Shown: positions 37,901-45,726, numbered from the stretch's first letter. The stretch is 64,000 nucleotides of DNA from Clostridia bacterium (GCA_017430135.1 JAFRNM010000007.1:6266-70265), one strand, 5' to 3'. The notes: a model not told the origin generated them from the sequence alone. Translations and numbers: made by a program.

Positions 37901-39794
37901 ATGTCCACCACATATTCCAGGCTGTGAAGAAGATATAAAAAACATAGCATACAAAAAAGCGTATGAATTATATGGAAATCCATTACCAGAAATAGTTGAA
38001 ACAAGATTGGCTAAAGAATTGGACTCTATTATAAGCAATGGATATTCCGTAATGTATATTATAGCTCAAAAACTAGTGTGGAAATCAAATGATGATGGAT
38101 ATATAGTAGGTTCTAGAGGTTCGGTTGGTTCATCTTTAGCTGCATTTATGACAGGTATAACAGAGGTTAATTCACTTCAACCACATTATAGATGTAAAAA
38201 ATGTAAATACTCAGACTTTACAGATTATGGCTATCAAAATGGATTTGACTTACCTGATAAAAAATGCCCAAATTGTGGAGAAATGCTTGTAAAAGATGGA
38301 ATGGACATACCATTTGAAACTTTCTTAGGCTTTAACGGAGATAAAGAGCCAGATATAGACTTAAACTTCTCAGGAGAATATCAAGCAAAAGCCCATAAAT
38401 ATACAGAAGTAATATTTGGAAAGGGAACAACCTTTAAAGCTGGAACAGTTGGTACAGTTGCAGATAAAACAGCATTTGGTTATGTAAAAAACTATTTTGA
38501 AGAAAGAGGCATACCAATAAATAAAGCAGAAATTGCAAGGCTTTCACAAGGATGTACAGGGATAAAAAGAACAACAGGACAGCATCCAGGTGGAATTATA
38601 GTTGTACCAAAAGGTAGAGAAATATATGAATTTACTCCGGTTCAGCACCCTGCAGATGACCCAAATTCAGATATTATAACAACACACTTTGATTACCACT
38701 CAATAGATGCAAACCTTTTAAAACTAGATATACTTGGACACGACGATCCAACAGTAATTCGTATGCTTCAAGATTTAACAGGAATAGCACCAACAGAAAT
38801 CCCATTAGATGACAAGGAAACAATGTCAATTTTCAATTCAACAGAAGCTTTGGGAGTAACACCTGAACAAATACATTCAGAAGTTGGAACTTATGGGATA
38901 CCAGAATATGGAACAAAATTTGCTAGAGGAATGCTTTTGGATACAAAACCAACAACATTCGACGAATTAATTCGTTTATCTGGTTTATCACATGGTACAG
39001 ACGTATGGCTTGGAAACGCTCAAACATTAATAGAACAAGGAGTAGTTACACTTCAAGAAGCAATATGTTGTCGTGATGATATAATGATTTACTTAATAAA
39101 AAAAGGAGTACCACCAGACAAAGCTTTCAAAATAATGGAAACAGTTCGTAAAGGAAAAGCGTTAAAAGACCCAGAAAAATGGGCAGGATTTAAGGAAATA
39201 ATGAAAGAACATGATGTGCCAGATTGGTATATAAAATCTTGTGAAAAAATTAAGTACATGTTCCCTAAAGCTCATGCAGCAGCTTATGTTACAAATGCCT
39301 TCAGAATAGCGTGGTTTAAGGTTCATATTCCACTTGCATATTATGCAGCATATTATTCAATAAGAGCAAAAGCATTTGATGCAGAATTTATGATAAATGG
39401 AAAAGAAAAAGTAAAAAACAAAATGAAGGAAATAGAAATAAAAAATCAGAAAAAGGAAGCAACAAATGCAGAATTAGATATGTATGATGATTTAGAAATT
39501 GTACTGGAAATGTATGAAAGGGGCTTCGAATTCCTTCCAGTAGATATATATGAATCAGACGCAACAAAATTTAAAATACAAGATAATAAATTAAGACCAC
39601 CACTAAATAGTATTGCAGGATTTGGAACAGTTGCAGCACAGGGAATAGTAAATGCAAGAAAAGATGGAACTTTCATGTCAATAGATGAATTAAAAATAAG
39701 AGCAAAGATTGGAGACTCTGGTGCAGAATTGCTTAAAAAATTTGGATGCTTGGAGGGGATGAGTCAATCTAATCAGATGAGCTTGTTCGACTAG
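34968..39794 (+). CDS. polC: DNA polymerase III PolC-type, 1608 aa, with two tandem OB-fold domains
   Basis: GTG start behind AAGGAGAG. PHP (VELHMHTKMS), DnaQ-like exonuclease (CVLDLETTG...AHNANFDVGFL), Zn module (CKKCKYS...CPNCGE) and polymerase core. Confidence 0.92.
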   Translation: MAEKNKKIGEVFPDYKTNSNIKYAYVQALKVNKKTNTLCIMIGIDEYIEVKEIWFLEKFLMERFNFGNIDTYIKYTDNVEIKSIQEEWKNVICYMAHKYPLAKPMLLMNADIDVQDNKINVKMHIKGADFLRAKKSDKTLEMLIKNIMGKEYKIEITEDLNQDAIKKIEEEARKAENSVVSKVMESLESAKREQEASKEMAFENEAANGVDPNYMPPSDSDMPYMGGEGMPEDYMPPELPEYEQEQTLILGKATKAKENRVKIKEITPSDARITLEGRVSNVEKRLTKSEKVLLIFELFDGSGTITCKSFTIPDEAEAVIAKLEEANTVKLIGKANLDAYAGDVTVIANTIFQTNNDSIPKKEDVEEEETPLILGFNQNVGEKITKITDLGPEDGKVVLKGEVLNMEPRELKSGKTLLSFDLYDGTSTLTCKAFLNKDQAKKVPKRLKKAKGIKIEGNAGMDNFSGELSVMANTIIETEGLKKEIRMDNAPVKRVELHMHTKMSQMDAMTSAQDLIKRAMKWGMKSIAITDHGVVQSFPEAHKLLGVDNPDMKVLYGVEAYLAPDNTQNVYNSKGQNIDTTYCVLDLETTGFSAKTEKITEVGIMKVQNGEVVDEFSCFVNPEKHIPERVTEVTHITDEMVKDAETIEKVFPKILDFLGDTKNTVIVAHNANFDVGFLRQNAINLGLDFDYTYLDTLSLAKDLFPDYKTYKLGKIAERLGIKVEVAHRALDDVDTTVKVFNVMIDMLKDKGVKTIDDIDLMAADEETKKEEYKKLKTYHAIILAKNYVGLRNLYRLVSLSHLHYFYRKPRILKSLYKKYSEGLILGSACEAGELYQAIELGKTDDEIEAIANDYDYLEIQPTGNNNFLIRNGTVPDEEALRDINRKIVEVGEKLGKPVCATCDVHFMDPQDEIYRRILEAGQKYDDADNQAPLYLRTTEEMLEEFKYLGEEKAYEVVVTNTNKIADMCEQISPISPEKCPPHIPGCEEDIKNIAYKKAYELYGNPLPEIVETRLAKELDSIISNGYSVMYIIAQKLVWKSNDDGYIVGSRGSVGSSLAAFMTGITEVNSLQPHYRCKKCKYSDFTDYGYQNGFDLPDKKCPNCGEMLVKDGMDIPFETFLGFNGDKEPDIDLNFSGEYQAKAHKYTEVIFGKGTTFKAGTVGTVADKTAFGYVKNYFEERGIPINKAEIARLSQGCTGIKRTTGQHPGGIIVVPKGREIYEFTPVQHPADDPNSDIITTHFDYHSIDANLLKLDILGHDDPTVIRMLQDLTGIAPTEIPLDDKETMSIFNSTEALGVTPEQIHSEVGTYGIPEYGTKFARGMLLDTKPTTFDELIRLSGLSHGTDVWLGNAQTLIEQGVVTLQEAICCRDDIMIYLIKKGVPPDKAFKIMETVRKGKALKDPEKWAGFKEIMKEHDVPDWYIKSCEKIKYMFPKAHAAAYVTNAFRIAWFKVHIPLAYYAAYYSIRAKAFDAEFMINGKEKVKNKMKEIEIKNQKKEATNAELDMYDDLEIVLEMYERGFEFLPVDIYESDATKFKIQDNKLRPPLNSIAGFGTVAAQGIVNARKDGTFMSIDELKIRAKIGDSGAELLKKFGCLEGMSQSNQMSLFD

Positions 39795-39914
39795 GTTGCA
39801 AAATAATTGGCGAATTTCGGCGTTGAACTGCATTCGATAATCCTCAACGTGCATCAGCACGCCTCCGGTTATCTCATTTGTTCGCCTGGAAATTCATCCA
39901 ATTCTTTCGCAACC
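39795..39914 (+). repeat. family A copy 2
   Basis: GGTTGCAAAATAATTGGCGAATTTCGGCGTTGAACTGCATTCGATAATCC...GCACGCCTCCGGTTATCTCATTTGTTCGCCTGGAAATTCATCCAATTCTTTCGCAACC. Starts directly after the polC stop. Confidence 0.85.
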
Positions 39915-40011
39915 GGATGCGTTGAGAAAGTTCTCTTTGCCAAAATTTAATTCTGTCCCAACGGGGAGTGCTAAGAATATGTTTAATATTAATTAAAAAG
40001 GAATAAAGAAA

Positions 40012-40293
40012 ATGAAAGAAATAATAACTAGTCAAAATTTTATAATATATTTAGTAGTAATTAATTTAATAGGATTCGCCATAATGTTTATTGATAAGGA
40101 AAAGGCAAAAAGAGGAAGCTGGCGAATACCTGAAAAAACAATTTTTATAGTAACAGCAATAGGTGGAGGAATAGGCACAATTGCTGGAATGTATAAATTT
40201 AGACATAAAACTAAAAAAGGTATTTTTAAATATGGTTTACCATTTTTACTAATACTTGATATTGCTTTAGTTATTTCTATTTGTATAATGTAA
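40012..40293 (+). CDS. DUF1294 family membrane protein
   Basis: MFIDKEKAKRGSWRIPEKTIF...GGGIGTIAGMYKFRHKTKK is the typical DUF1294 signature. Confidence 0.7.
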   Translation: MKEIITSQNFIIYLVVINLIGFAIMFIDKEKAKRGSWRIPEKTIFIVTAIGGGIGTIAGMYKFRHKTKKGIFKYGLPFLLILDIALVISICIM

Positions 40294-40312
40294 TTTTTAT
40301 TATGTGTAATTT

Positions 40313-40357
40313 AAAAATATATTGATTTTTGAAGGTTCTAAAAATCAATATATTTTT
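40313..40357 (+). terminator. intrinsic terminator
   Basis: AAAAATATATTGATTTTT-loop-AAAAATCAATATATTTTT followed by a T-run. Confidence 0.65.
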
Positions 40358-40452
40358 TTCTTTGTAATAAAAATGTAAAAAAATAGAAAAGTACACATAA
40401 TAATATTAAATAATTATAATAAAAAACAATATACAAATTGTAAACAATGTAA

Positions 40453-40537
40453 TGTGAACAAAAAATGAACGCTTTATGACTATTTGTAGTTATTCACACA
40501 CTTTTCCACATTATCCACATAAAAAGCGTGTGCATAA
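40453..40537. promoter_or_regulatory. cluster of five DnaA-box-like 9-mers
   Basis: TGTGAACAA (40453, rc TTGTTCACA), TTATTCACA (40490), TTTTCCACA (40502), TTATCCACA (40511, perfect) and TGTGCATAA (40529, rc TTATGCACA). Confidence 0.55.
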
Positions 40538-40643
40538 TATCAACAACAATAAAAAACAAAAAGTAACATAATTCGAAGTAAAAAACAAAACAATATGTCA
40601 AATTTATTACAAAAATGTAATATTATATATTAAGGTGATTATT

Positions 40644-41009
40644 ATGTTTAATAAAAAATGTTGTAAAAAAAATTATTGCCAATATAAAAAATATTGTAGA
40701 GAATGTTATAATAGAAGCATGGATAAATTTGATTTAACAATGGAGCAGCTAAAACTAATGCAGGCACAAGGAGCAATAGTATGTGATATAAGAAGTCCAC
40801 AAGAATATAATGAAGGACATTTGCCGGGAGCAATTTTACTTCCAGAATATGATATATTTAGAAATGCAATAAGAATATTCCCCAATAAGCAACAAGCAAT
40901 TATTCTATATTGTGGAACAGGCTCAAGAAGTTACAGCTCACTTAGAAAATTTCAAAGATTAGGTTACACTAATGTTTACAATTTATATAAAGGCACTGAA
41001 AACTATTGA
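40644..41009 (+). CDS. rhodanese-domain protein with a Cys/Lys-rich N-terminal extension
   Basis: ATG 40644 behind AAGGTGA. Rhodanese core (DIRSPQEYNEGHLPGA...YCGTGSRS active-site loop). N-terminus MFNKKCCKKNYCQYKKYCRECYN. Confidence 0.75.
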   Translation: MFNKKCCKKNYCQYKKYCRECYNRSMDKFDLTMEQLKLMQAQGAIVCDIRSPQEYNEGHLPGAILLPEYDIFRNAIRIFPNKQQAIILYCGTGSRSYSSLRKFQRLGYTNVYNLYKGTENY

Positions 41010-41049
41010 GATTTTTAATAATTTATGCTAAAATGTCTATATATAAAAA

Positions 41050-41210
41050 TTAAAATATATTATTTTGTTTTCCGCGTAAGCGACCAACCGGAGCGAAGCG
41101 CAGGGCGACTGGAGCAACTTACAGACTAGTTGTGCGAAAAATTGCTTTGGAATTTTTCTGTACAACAAGGGAAGTTGCGACACCAAGGAAAACAGAAATA
41201 ATATATTTTA
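41050..41210 (+). repeat. family B copy 4 (long apex)
   Basis: CCGCGTAAGCGACCAACCGGAGCGAAGCGCAGGGCGACTGGAGCAACTTACAGACTAGTTGTGCGAAAAATTGCTTTGGAATTTTTCTGTACAACAAGGGAAGTTGCGACACCAAGG between arms AAAATATATTATTTTGTTTT / AAAACAGAAATAATATATTTT. Confidence 0.9.
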
Positions 41211-41237
41211 ATTATATACATAGAAAAGGAAATAATT

Positions 41238-43043
41238 ATGGAACAAAAATATATTAGAAATTTTAGTATAATAGCACATATAGACCATGGAAAGTCAACT
41301 TTAGCGGATAGGCTAATAGAAATGACAGGTGTGCTTTCAAAAAGAGAAATGGAAAGCCAAGTGCTAGATAATATGGACATAGAAAAAGAAAGAGGAATTA
41401 CAATAAAATCTCAATCTGTAAGAATGAAATACAAAGCAAAAGATGGACAAGAGTATACTTTGAATTTAATAGATACTCCAGGTCATGTGGATTTTAATTA
41501 CGAAGTTTCTAGAAGTTTAGCTGCATGTGATGGAGCAATTTTAGTTGTAGATAGTAGCCAAGGTGTAGAAGCTCAAACACTAGCAAATGTATATCTAGCA
41601 ATAGATAATAACTTAGAGATTTTGCCAGTAATTAATAAAATAGATTTACCAAATGCAAGACCTGATGAGGTAAAAAAAGAAATAGAAGATATAATAGGAA
41701 TTCCAGCAGAAGATGCACCATGTGTTTCTGCAAAATCTGGTTTGAATATGGAAGAGGTACTTGAAAGAATAGTAACAGACCTTCCAGCACCTAAAGGAGA
41801 TGTAAATGCAAAAACAAAATGCTTAATTTTCGATTCATATTATGATAATTACAAAGGTGCCTTAGCTTATGTAAGAGTAATGGATGGAAGCGTAAAAGTT
41901 GGCGATGAAATAAAACTAATGGCTGCTAACAAAGTATTTACAGTTGCAGAAGTTGGATATTTTGTGCCAGGTTCATATATGCCTACAACCGAAATAAAAG
42001 CAGGAGAAGTTGGGTATATTGCAGCAAGTATAAAAACATTACAAGATATTCATGTTGGAGATACAATAACATTAAAGGATAATCCTGCTGATGAACCATT
42101 AAAAGGATACAAAAAAGTTACACCAATGGTTTATTGTGGATTATATCCTGTAGATGGTAGTCAATATGAAGAACTAAAAGAAGCTTTAGAAAAACTTCAA
42201 TTAAATGATGCTGCTCTAGAATTTGAACAAGAAAGCTCAGTTGCATTAGGCTTTGGATTTAGATGTGGATTTTTAGGCTTACTTCATTTGGAAATAATAG
42301 AAGAGAGGCTAGATAGAGAATTTGATTTAGGATTAATTACAACGGCTCCATCAGTTATATACAAAGTACACAAAACAACTGGAGAAGTAGTAGAATTATA
42401 CAATCCAGAAGACTTACCAACAGCTCAAGAAATTTCATATATAGAAGAACCATTTGTAACAGCAAATATTCTTACACCAAAAGAATATGTAGGAAATATA
42501 ATGGAACTATGTCAAAGAAGACGTGGAATTTACATTGATATGAAATATTTAGATGAAAACAGAGTAACAATTCAATATGACATGCCATTAAATGAAATAA
42601 TATATGACTTTTTCGATAATCTAAAATCAAAAACAAAAGGATATGCTTCACTTGATTATGAATTTAAAGAATATAAAAAGTCAAGCCTAGTAAAACTAGA
42701 TATACATATAAATGGCGAGCCGGTAGATGCCTTATCATTTATAGTTCATAAAGATAGCGCTTATGAAAGAGGAAAGAAAATGGTAGAAAAGCTAAAAACA
42801 GTAATACCAAGAAAACTATTTAAAATACCTATTCAAGCAGCTATAGGTGGACAAATAATAGCAAGAGAAACAATCTCAGCGATGAGAAAAGACGTACTTG
42901 CAAAATGTTATGGTGGAGATATAACAAGAAAGAAAAAGCTTTTGGAAAAACAAAAACGTGGAAAGAAAAAAATGCGTGAAATTGGAAATGTAGAAATACC
43001 ACAAGAGGCATTTTTATCTGTACTAAAATTAGATGATGAGTAA
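41238..43043 (+). CDS. lepA: translation elongation factor 4 (LepA)
   Basis: [21 protein letters not shown]1 motif, [14 protein letters not shown] and the LepA-specific C-terminal domain. Confidence 0.92.
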   Translation: MEQKYIRNFSIIAHIDHGKSTLADRLIEMTGVLSKREMESQVLDNMDIEKERGITIKSQSVRMKYKAKDGQEYTLNLIDTPGHVDFNYEVSRSLAACDGAILVVDSSQGVEAQTLANVYLAIDNNLEILPVINKIDLPNARPDEVKKEIEDIIGIPAEDAPCVSAKSGLNMEEVLERIVTDLPAPKGDVNAKTKCLIFDSYYDNYKGALAYVRVMDGSVKVGDEIKLMAANKVFTVAEVGYFVPGSYMPTTEIKAGEVGYIAASIKTLQDIHVGDTITLKDNPADEPLKGYKKVTPMVYCGLYPVDGSQYEELKEALEKLQLNDAALEFEQESSVALGFGFRCGFLGLLHLEIIEERLDREFDLGLITTAPSVIYKVHKTTGEVVELYNPEDLPTAQEISYIEEPFVTANILTPKEYVGNIMELCQRRRGIYIDMKYLDENRVTIQYDMPLNEIIYDFFDNLKSKTKGYASLDYEFKEYKKSSLVKLDIHINGEPVDALSFIVHKDSAYERGKKMVEKLKTVIPRKLFKIPIQAAIGGQIIARETISAMRKDVLAKCYGGDITRKKKLLEKQKRGKKKMREIGNVEIPQEAFLSVLKLDDE

Positions 43044-43078
43044 AAAATAGAAAAAACAAAACAAAGTTCGCAAAACTA

Positions 43079-43107
43079 TTGACTTAATATTGGACTTTTG
43101 GTATAAT
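43079..43107 (+). promoter_or_regulatory. sigmaA-type promoter of the small-ORF transcript
   Basis: TTGACT, 17 nt spacer, TATAAT. Confidence 0.6.
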
Positions 43108-43246
43108 TGCTCCAAGTTGGGACGCTAATCGAATTTAGGCATAAGTGCATAGATTAGAAAGTATCTATGTGAATGTGCTGGCTAATCTATGCATTTATGC
43201 CTTCAAGGCTAAATGTATAAAGTGCAAAAGAAGGAGGTTGGCAGCT

Positions 43247-43408
43247 ATGAAGTTATTGACAATATTAGTATTACTTTTAGCTTTCTTTCGAGGAATAGGC
43301 TTTTTAATACATATTTGTTCTAAGAATAAATGTGCCTTAAGAATAATTTCCAAGAAAAGAAAAATTGAGATCTGCCCTTTGGACAAATCTCACCCACAGA
43401 TCAGATAA
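43247..43408 (+). CDS. 53-aa hydrophobic-N / basic-C small protein (type I toxin-like)
   Basis: ATG behind AAGGAGG. MKLLTILVLLLAFFRGIGFLIHICSKNKCALRIISKKRKIEICPLDKSHPQIR. Own promoter, about 130-nt structured leader and own terminator (GATAAGAG...CTCTTATC then TTTTT). Confidence 0.5.
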   Translation: MKLLTILVLLLAFFRGIGFLIHICSKNKCALRIISKKRKIEICPLDKSHPQIR

Positions 43409-43499
43409 GAGCTTAGTCTCTTATCTTTTTATATTATTATAATAACACATGTATATAAATATGTCAATAGTTAGAATATAAAATTAGGGAGAATGTGAT

Positions 43500-44252
43500 A
43501 TGAATAATAAAGAAAGAAATTTTGATGACCAAGTTGAAGGGAGAAATGCAGTTCTAGAATTACTAGAAAGTGGAAAAGACATTAACAAAATTTTTGTGGC
43601 ACGTGGAGAAAAACATGGTTCTATAAATAAAATTATTGCAATTGCTAGAGAAAGAAAAATAATAATTGTAGAAAAAGATAAAAGACAAATGGATCAAATG
43701 GCTCAAAACGAGAATTATCAAGGAGTAATTGCAATTGTACCACCATTTGAATATTGCGAAATTGATGACATTTTAGCATTAGCTAAAGAAAGAAATGAAG
43801 CTCCATTTGTAATAATTCTAGATGGAATAGAAGATCCTCACAATTTGGGTTCAATTATTAGAACAGCAGAAACAGCAGGAGTTCATGGAATCATAATTCC
43901 AAAACATAGAGCAGCTTCAGTAAATAGCACAGTAAATAAAGTATCAGCAGGAGCAGTTCAACATATGAAAATTGCAAGAGTAACAAATATTTCAGATGCA
44001 ATAACAGAATTAAAAGAAAAAGATATGTGGATTTGCGGTACAGATATTTCAACTACGAAATATTATTATGAACAAGATTATCGTGGACCAATTGGAATTG
44101 TAATAGGAAATGAAGGAAAAGGAATGAGCGATAAAGTAAAGAAAAATTGTGATTTCTTAGTTAAAATCCCAATGAAAGGAAAGGTTACTTCTCTTAATGC
44201 TTCGGTTTCAGCTGGTATTGTTATTTATGAGGCTATGAAACAGCGTATTTAA
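43500..44252 (+). CDS. rlmB: 23S rRNA (guanosine-2'-O)-methyltransferase RlmB (SpoU/TrmH family)
   Basis: 250 aa. N-terminal substrate-binding domain (GRNAVLELL) and SPOUT motifs (LDGIEDPHNLGSIIRTA, IVIGNEGKGM, SLNASVSAGI). Confidence 0.85.
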   Translation: MNNKERNFDDQVEGRNAVLELLESGKDINKIFVARGEKHGSINKIIAIARERKIIIVEKDKRQMDQMAQNENYQGVIAIVPPFEYCEIDDILALAKERNEAPFVIILDGIEDPHNLGSIIRTAETAGVHGIIIPKHRAASVNSTVNKVSAGAVQHMKIARVTNISDAITELKEKDMWICGTDISTTKYYYEQDYRGPIGIVIGNEGKGMSDKVKKNCDFLVKIPMKGKVTSLNASVSAGIVIYEAMKQRI

Positions 44253-44276
44253 TGTATAGATATAAAGCATAAAAAA

Positions 44277-44307
44277 ACGGTCAACTTTGCGAACGATGAC
44301 CGTTTTT
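44277..44307. terminator. bidirectional intrinsic terminator
   Basis: AAAAAAACGGTCA-loop-TGACCGTTTTT. Confidence 0.7.
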
Positions 44308-44325
44308 AATCTAGTATATAAAATC

Positions 44326-44583
44326 TTAATGTCTCTCGCATACGCCACTGTTAATAACACCTATACCGCTGCCTATAGCAGCTACATTGTCGTTTCGAAC
44401 GACACCAGTAGGTTGTTGGCAAATTAAAGTGTCATTAGTAGCACAAACAGCATCATTTGCAGCATAGTTAGAGTTTTGACAAAGTAGTTCATTTCCGTAG
44501 ACACATTTTGAGTCATTTGAAACTTGTTCTGCATTGTTTTTAGAGACTATACTAGATATGGCTTTTTTGAGTTTTACAAACAT
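44326..44583 (-). CDS. 85-aa protein with five N-[DES]-x2-3-C repeats, unknown function
   Basis: RBS TAGGAG. MFVKLKKAISSIVSKNNAEQVS, then NDSKC, NELLC, NDAVC, NDTLIC and NSGVC. Structured 5' leader. Confidence 0.5.
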   Translation of the reverse strand: MFVKLKKAISSIVSKNNAEQVSNDSKCVYGNELLCQNSNYAANDAVCATNDTLICQQPTGVVRNDNVAAIGSGIGVINSGVCERH

Positions 44584-44727
44584 ATGTAATCTCCTAATGT
44601 ATATTTTTGTTTAAGGTTACCCTTAAACTTTGCCGGTTATACCGACACCATCTAAAATATGTATATTATTAGATGGACTGACCATAATATAATTATACTA
44701 CAAAATTATGTAAATGTAAATAATAGT

Positions 44728-44757
44728 GAATAAAATTTCCCACTTTCTACCATAATA
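44728..44757 (+). promoter_or_regulatory. forespore sigma (F/G)-type promoter candidate for gpr
   Basis: GAATA, 18 nt spacer, CATAATA, about 25 nt before the gpr ATG. gpr is sigmaF/G-dependent in Bacillus. Confidence 0.45.
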
Positions 44758-44780
44758 TTGAAAGAAAGTGGTGATTTTTT

Positions 44781-45719
44781 ATGTATAATTTTAGAACAGA
44801 CTTGGCTGTTGAAAGAAGAGATGTCTATAAAAAGGCAAATAATCTTGAAAATGAGATAGATGGGATTGAGAGCCAAAAAGAAGAAGTAGATAAAAATCTT
44901 AAAATCGAAAGAGTTTTTATTACGAATGAAAATGGAGAAAAGGCAGTTGGAAAGCCAAGAGGAACTTATGTAACAATAGATATAAAAAATTTGAAAATTG
45001 CAAGAGATGAAGAAATTCAAAAAGCTTCAGATGTTTTAACAAGTGAACTTAGCAAAATTTTAGATAAACATGTAACAAGAAAAGAAGAAATGCTTGTTGT
45101 AGGTTTAGGCAATGTTTATGCAACTCCAGATAGTTTAGGACCTAAAGTAATAAATGAAATAGATGTAACCAGACATTTAATAAAATATTTACCGCAATAT
45201 GTAGATGAAAATACAAGAAATGTGTGTGCAATAGCACCAGGAGTTCTTGGAACAACAGGAATGGAAACATTAGAAATATTAAAGGGTATAGTTGAAAATG
45301 TAAAGCCTAAGGTTGTAATAGTAATAGATAGTTTAGCATCAAGGAGCATAGAAAGAATAAGTTCAAGTCTTCAAATTTCAGATACTGGAATTGTTCCAGG
45401 AGCTGGAGTGGGAAATGCAAGAGCAGAACTAAGTCAAACTACTTTAGGAATTCCAGTAATAGCTTTAGGAATACCAACAGTTGTTGAACTTGCAACACTT
45501 GTATCAGATGGAATTGATATATTTATAAATAGATTACAAGAAAAAGCTCAGTCAAACGATTACTTAAATCAGCTTCAGAAAAATGATAAATATGAAGATG
45601 TAAAAGACGCCCTGAATATTGGAGAATACAACATGATAGTTACTCCAAAAGAAATTGATGATTTAATAGAAAATATGAAAGATATTGTAGCACGTGGAAT
45701 AAATCAAACAATTTCTTAA
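44781..45719 (+). CDS. gpr: GPR endopeptidase (spore germination protease)
   Basis: MYNFRTDLAVERRD N-terminus and GLGNVYATPDSLGP / DSLASRS motifs of peptidase family A25. Confidence 0.88.
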   Translation: MYNFRTDLAVERRDVYKKANNLENEIDGIESQKEEVDKNLKIERVFITNENGEKAVGKPRGTYVTIDIKNLKIARDEEIQKASDVLTSELSKILDKHVTRKEEMLVVGLGNVYATPDSLGPKVINEIDVTRHLIKYLPQYVDENTRNVCAIAPGVLGTTGMETLEILKGIVENVKPKVVIVIDSLASRSIERISSSLQISDTGIVPGAGVGNARAELSQTTLGIPVIALGIPTVVELATLVSDGIDIFINRLQEKAQSNDYLNQLQKNDKYEDVKDALNIGEYNMIVTPKEIDDLIENMKDIVARGINQTIS

Positions 45720-45726
45720 AAAGCTC

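Noticed and set aside
40294-40643. Possible chromosomal origin (oriC) because of DnaA boxes in an AT-rich spacer
   Set aside because: There is no dnaA, dnaN or rpmH nearby and no switch in gene orientation at this point. It is kept only as a DnaA-box cluster.
41072-41188. Family B core as a protein-coding or ribozyme sequence. Copy 4 is open in one frame. I also looked for hammerhead CUGAUGA...GAAA and twister-like motifs.
   Set aside because: The open frame is not preserved in other copies. I found no hammerhead core and no convincing twister, pistol or hatchet signatures by eye. This needs a covariance-model search to exclude properly.
43145-43246. Long 87-aa version of the small ORF starting at GTG 43145
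   Set aside because: It has no RBS and would read through the 20-bp leader hairpin. ATG 43247 has a consensus AAGGAGG at the proper spacing.
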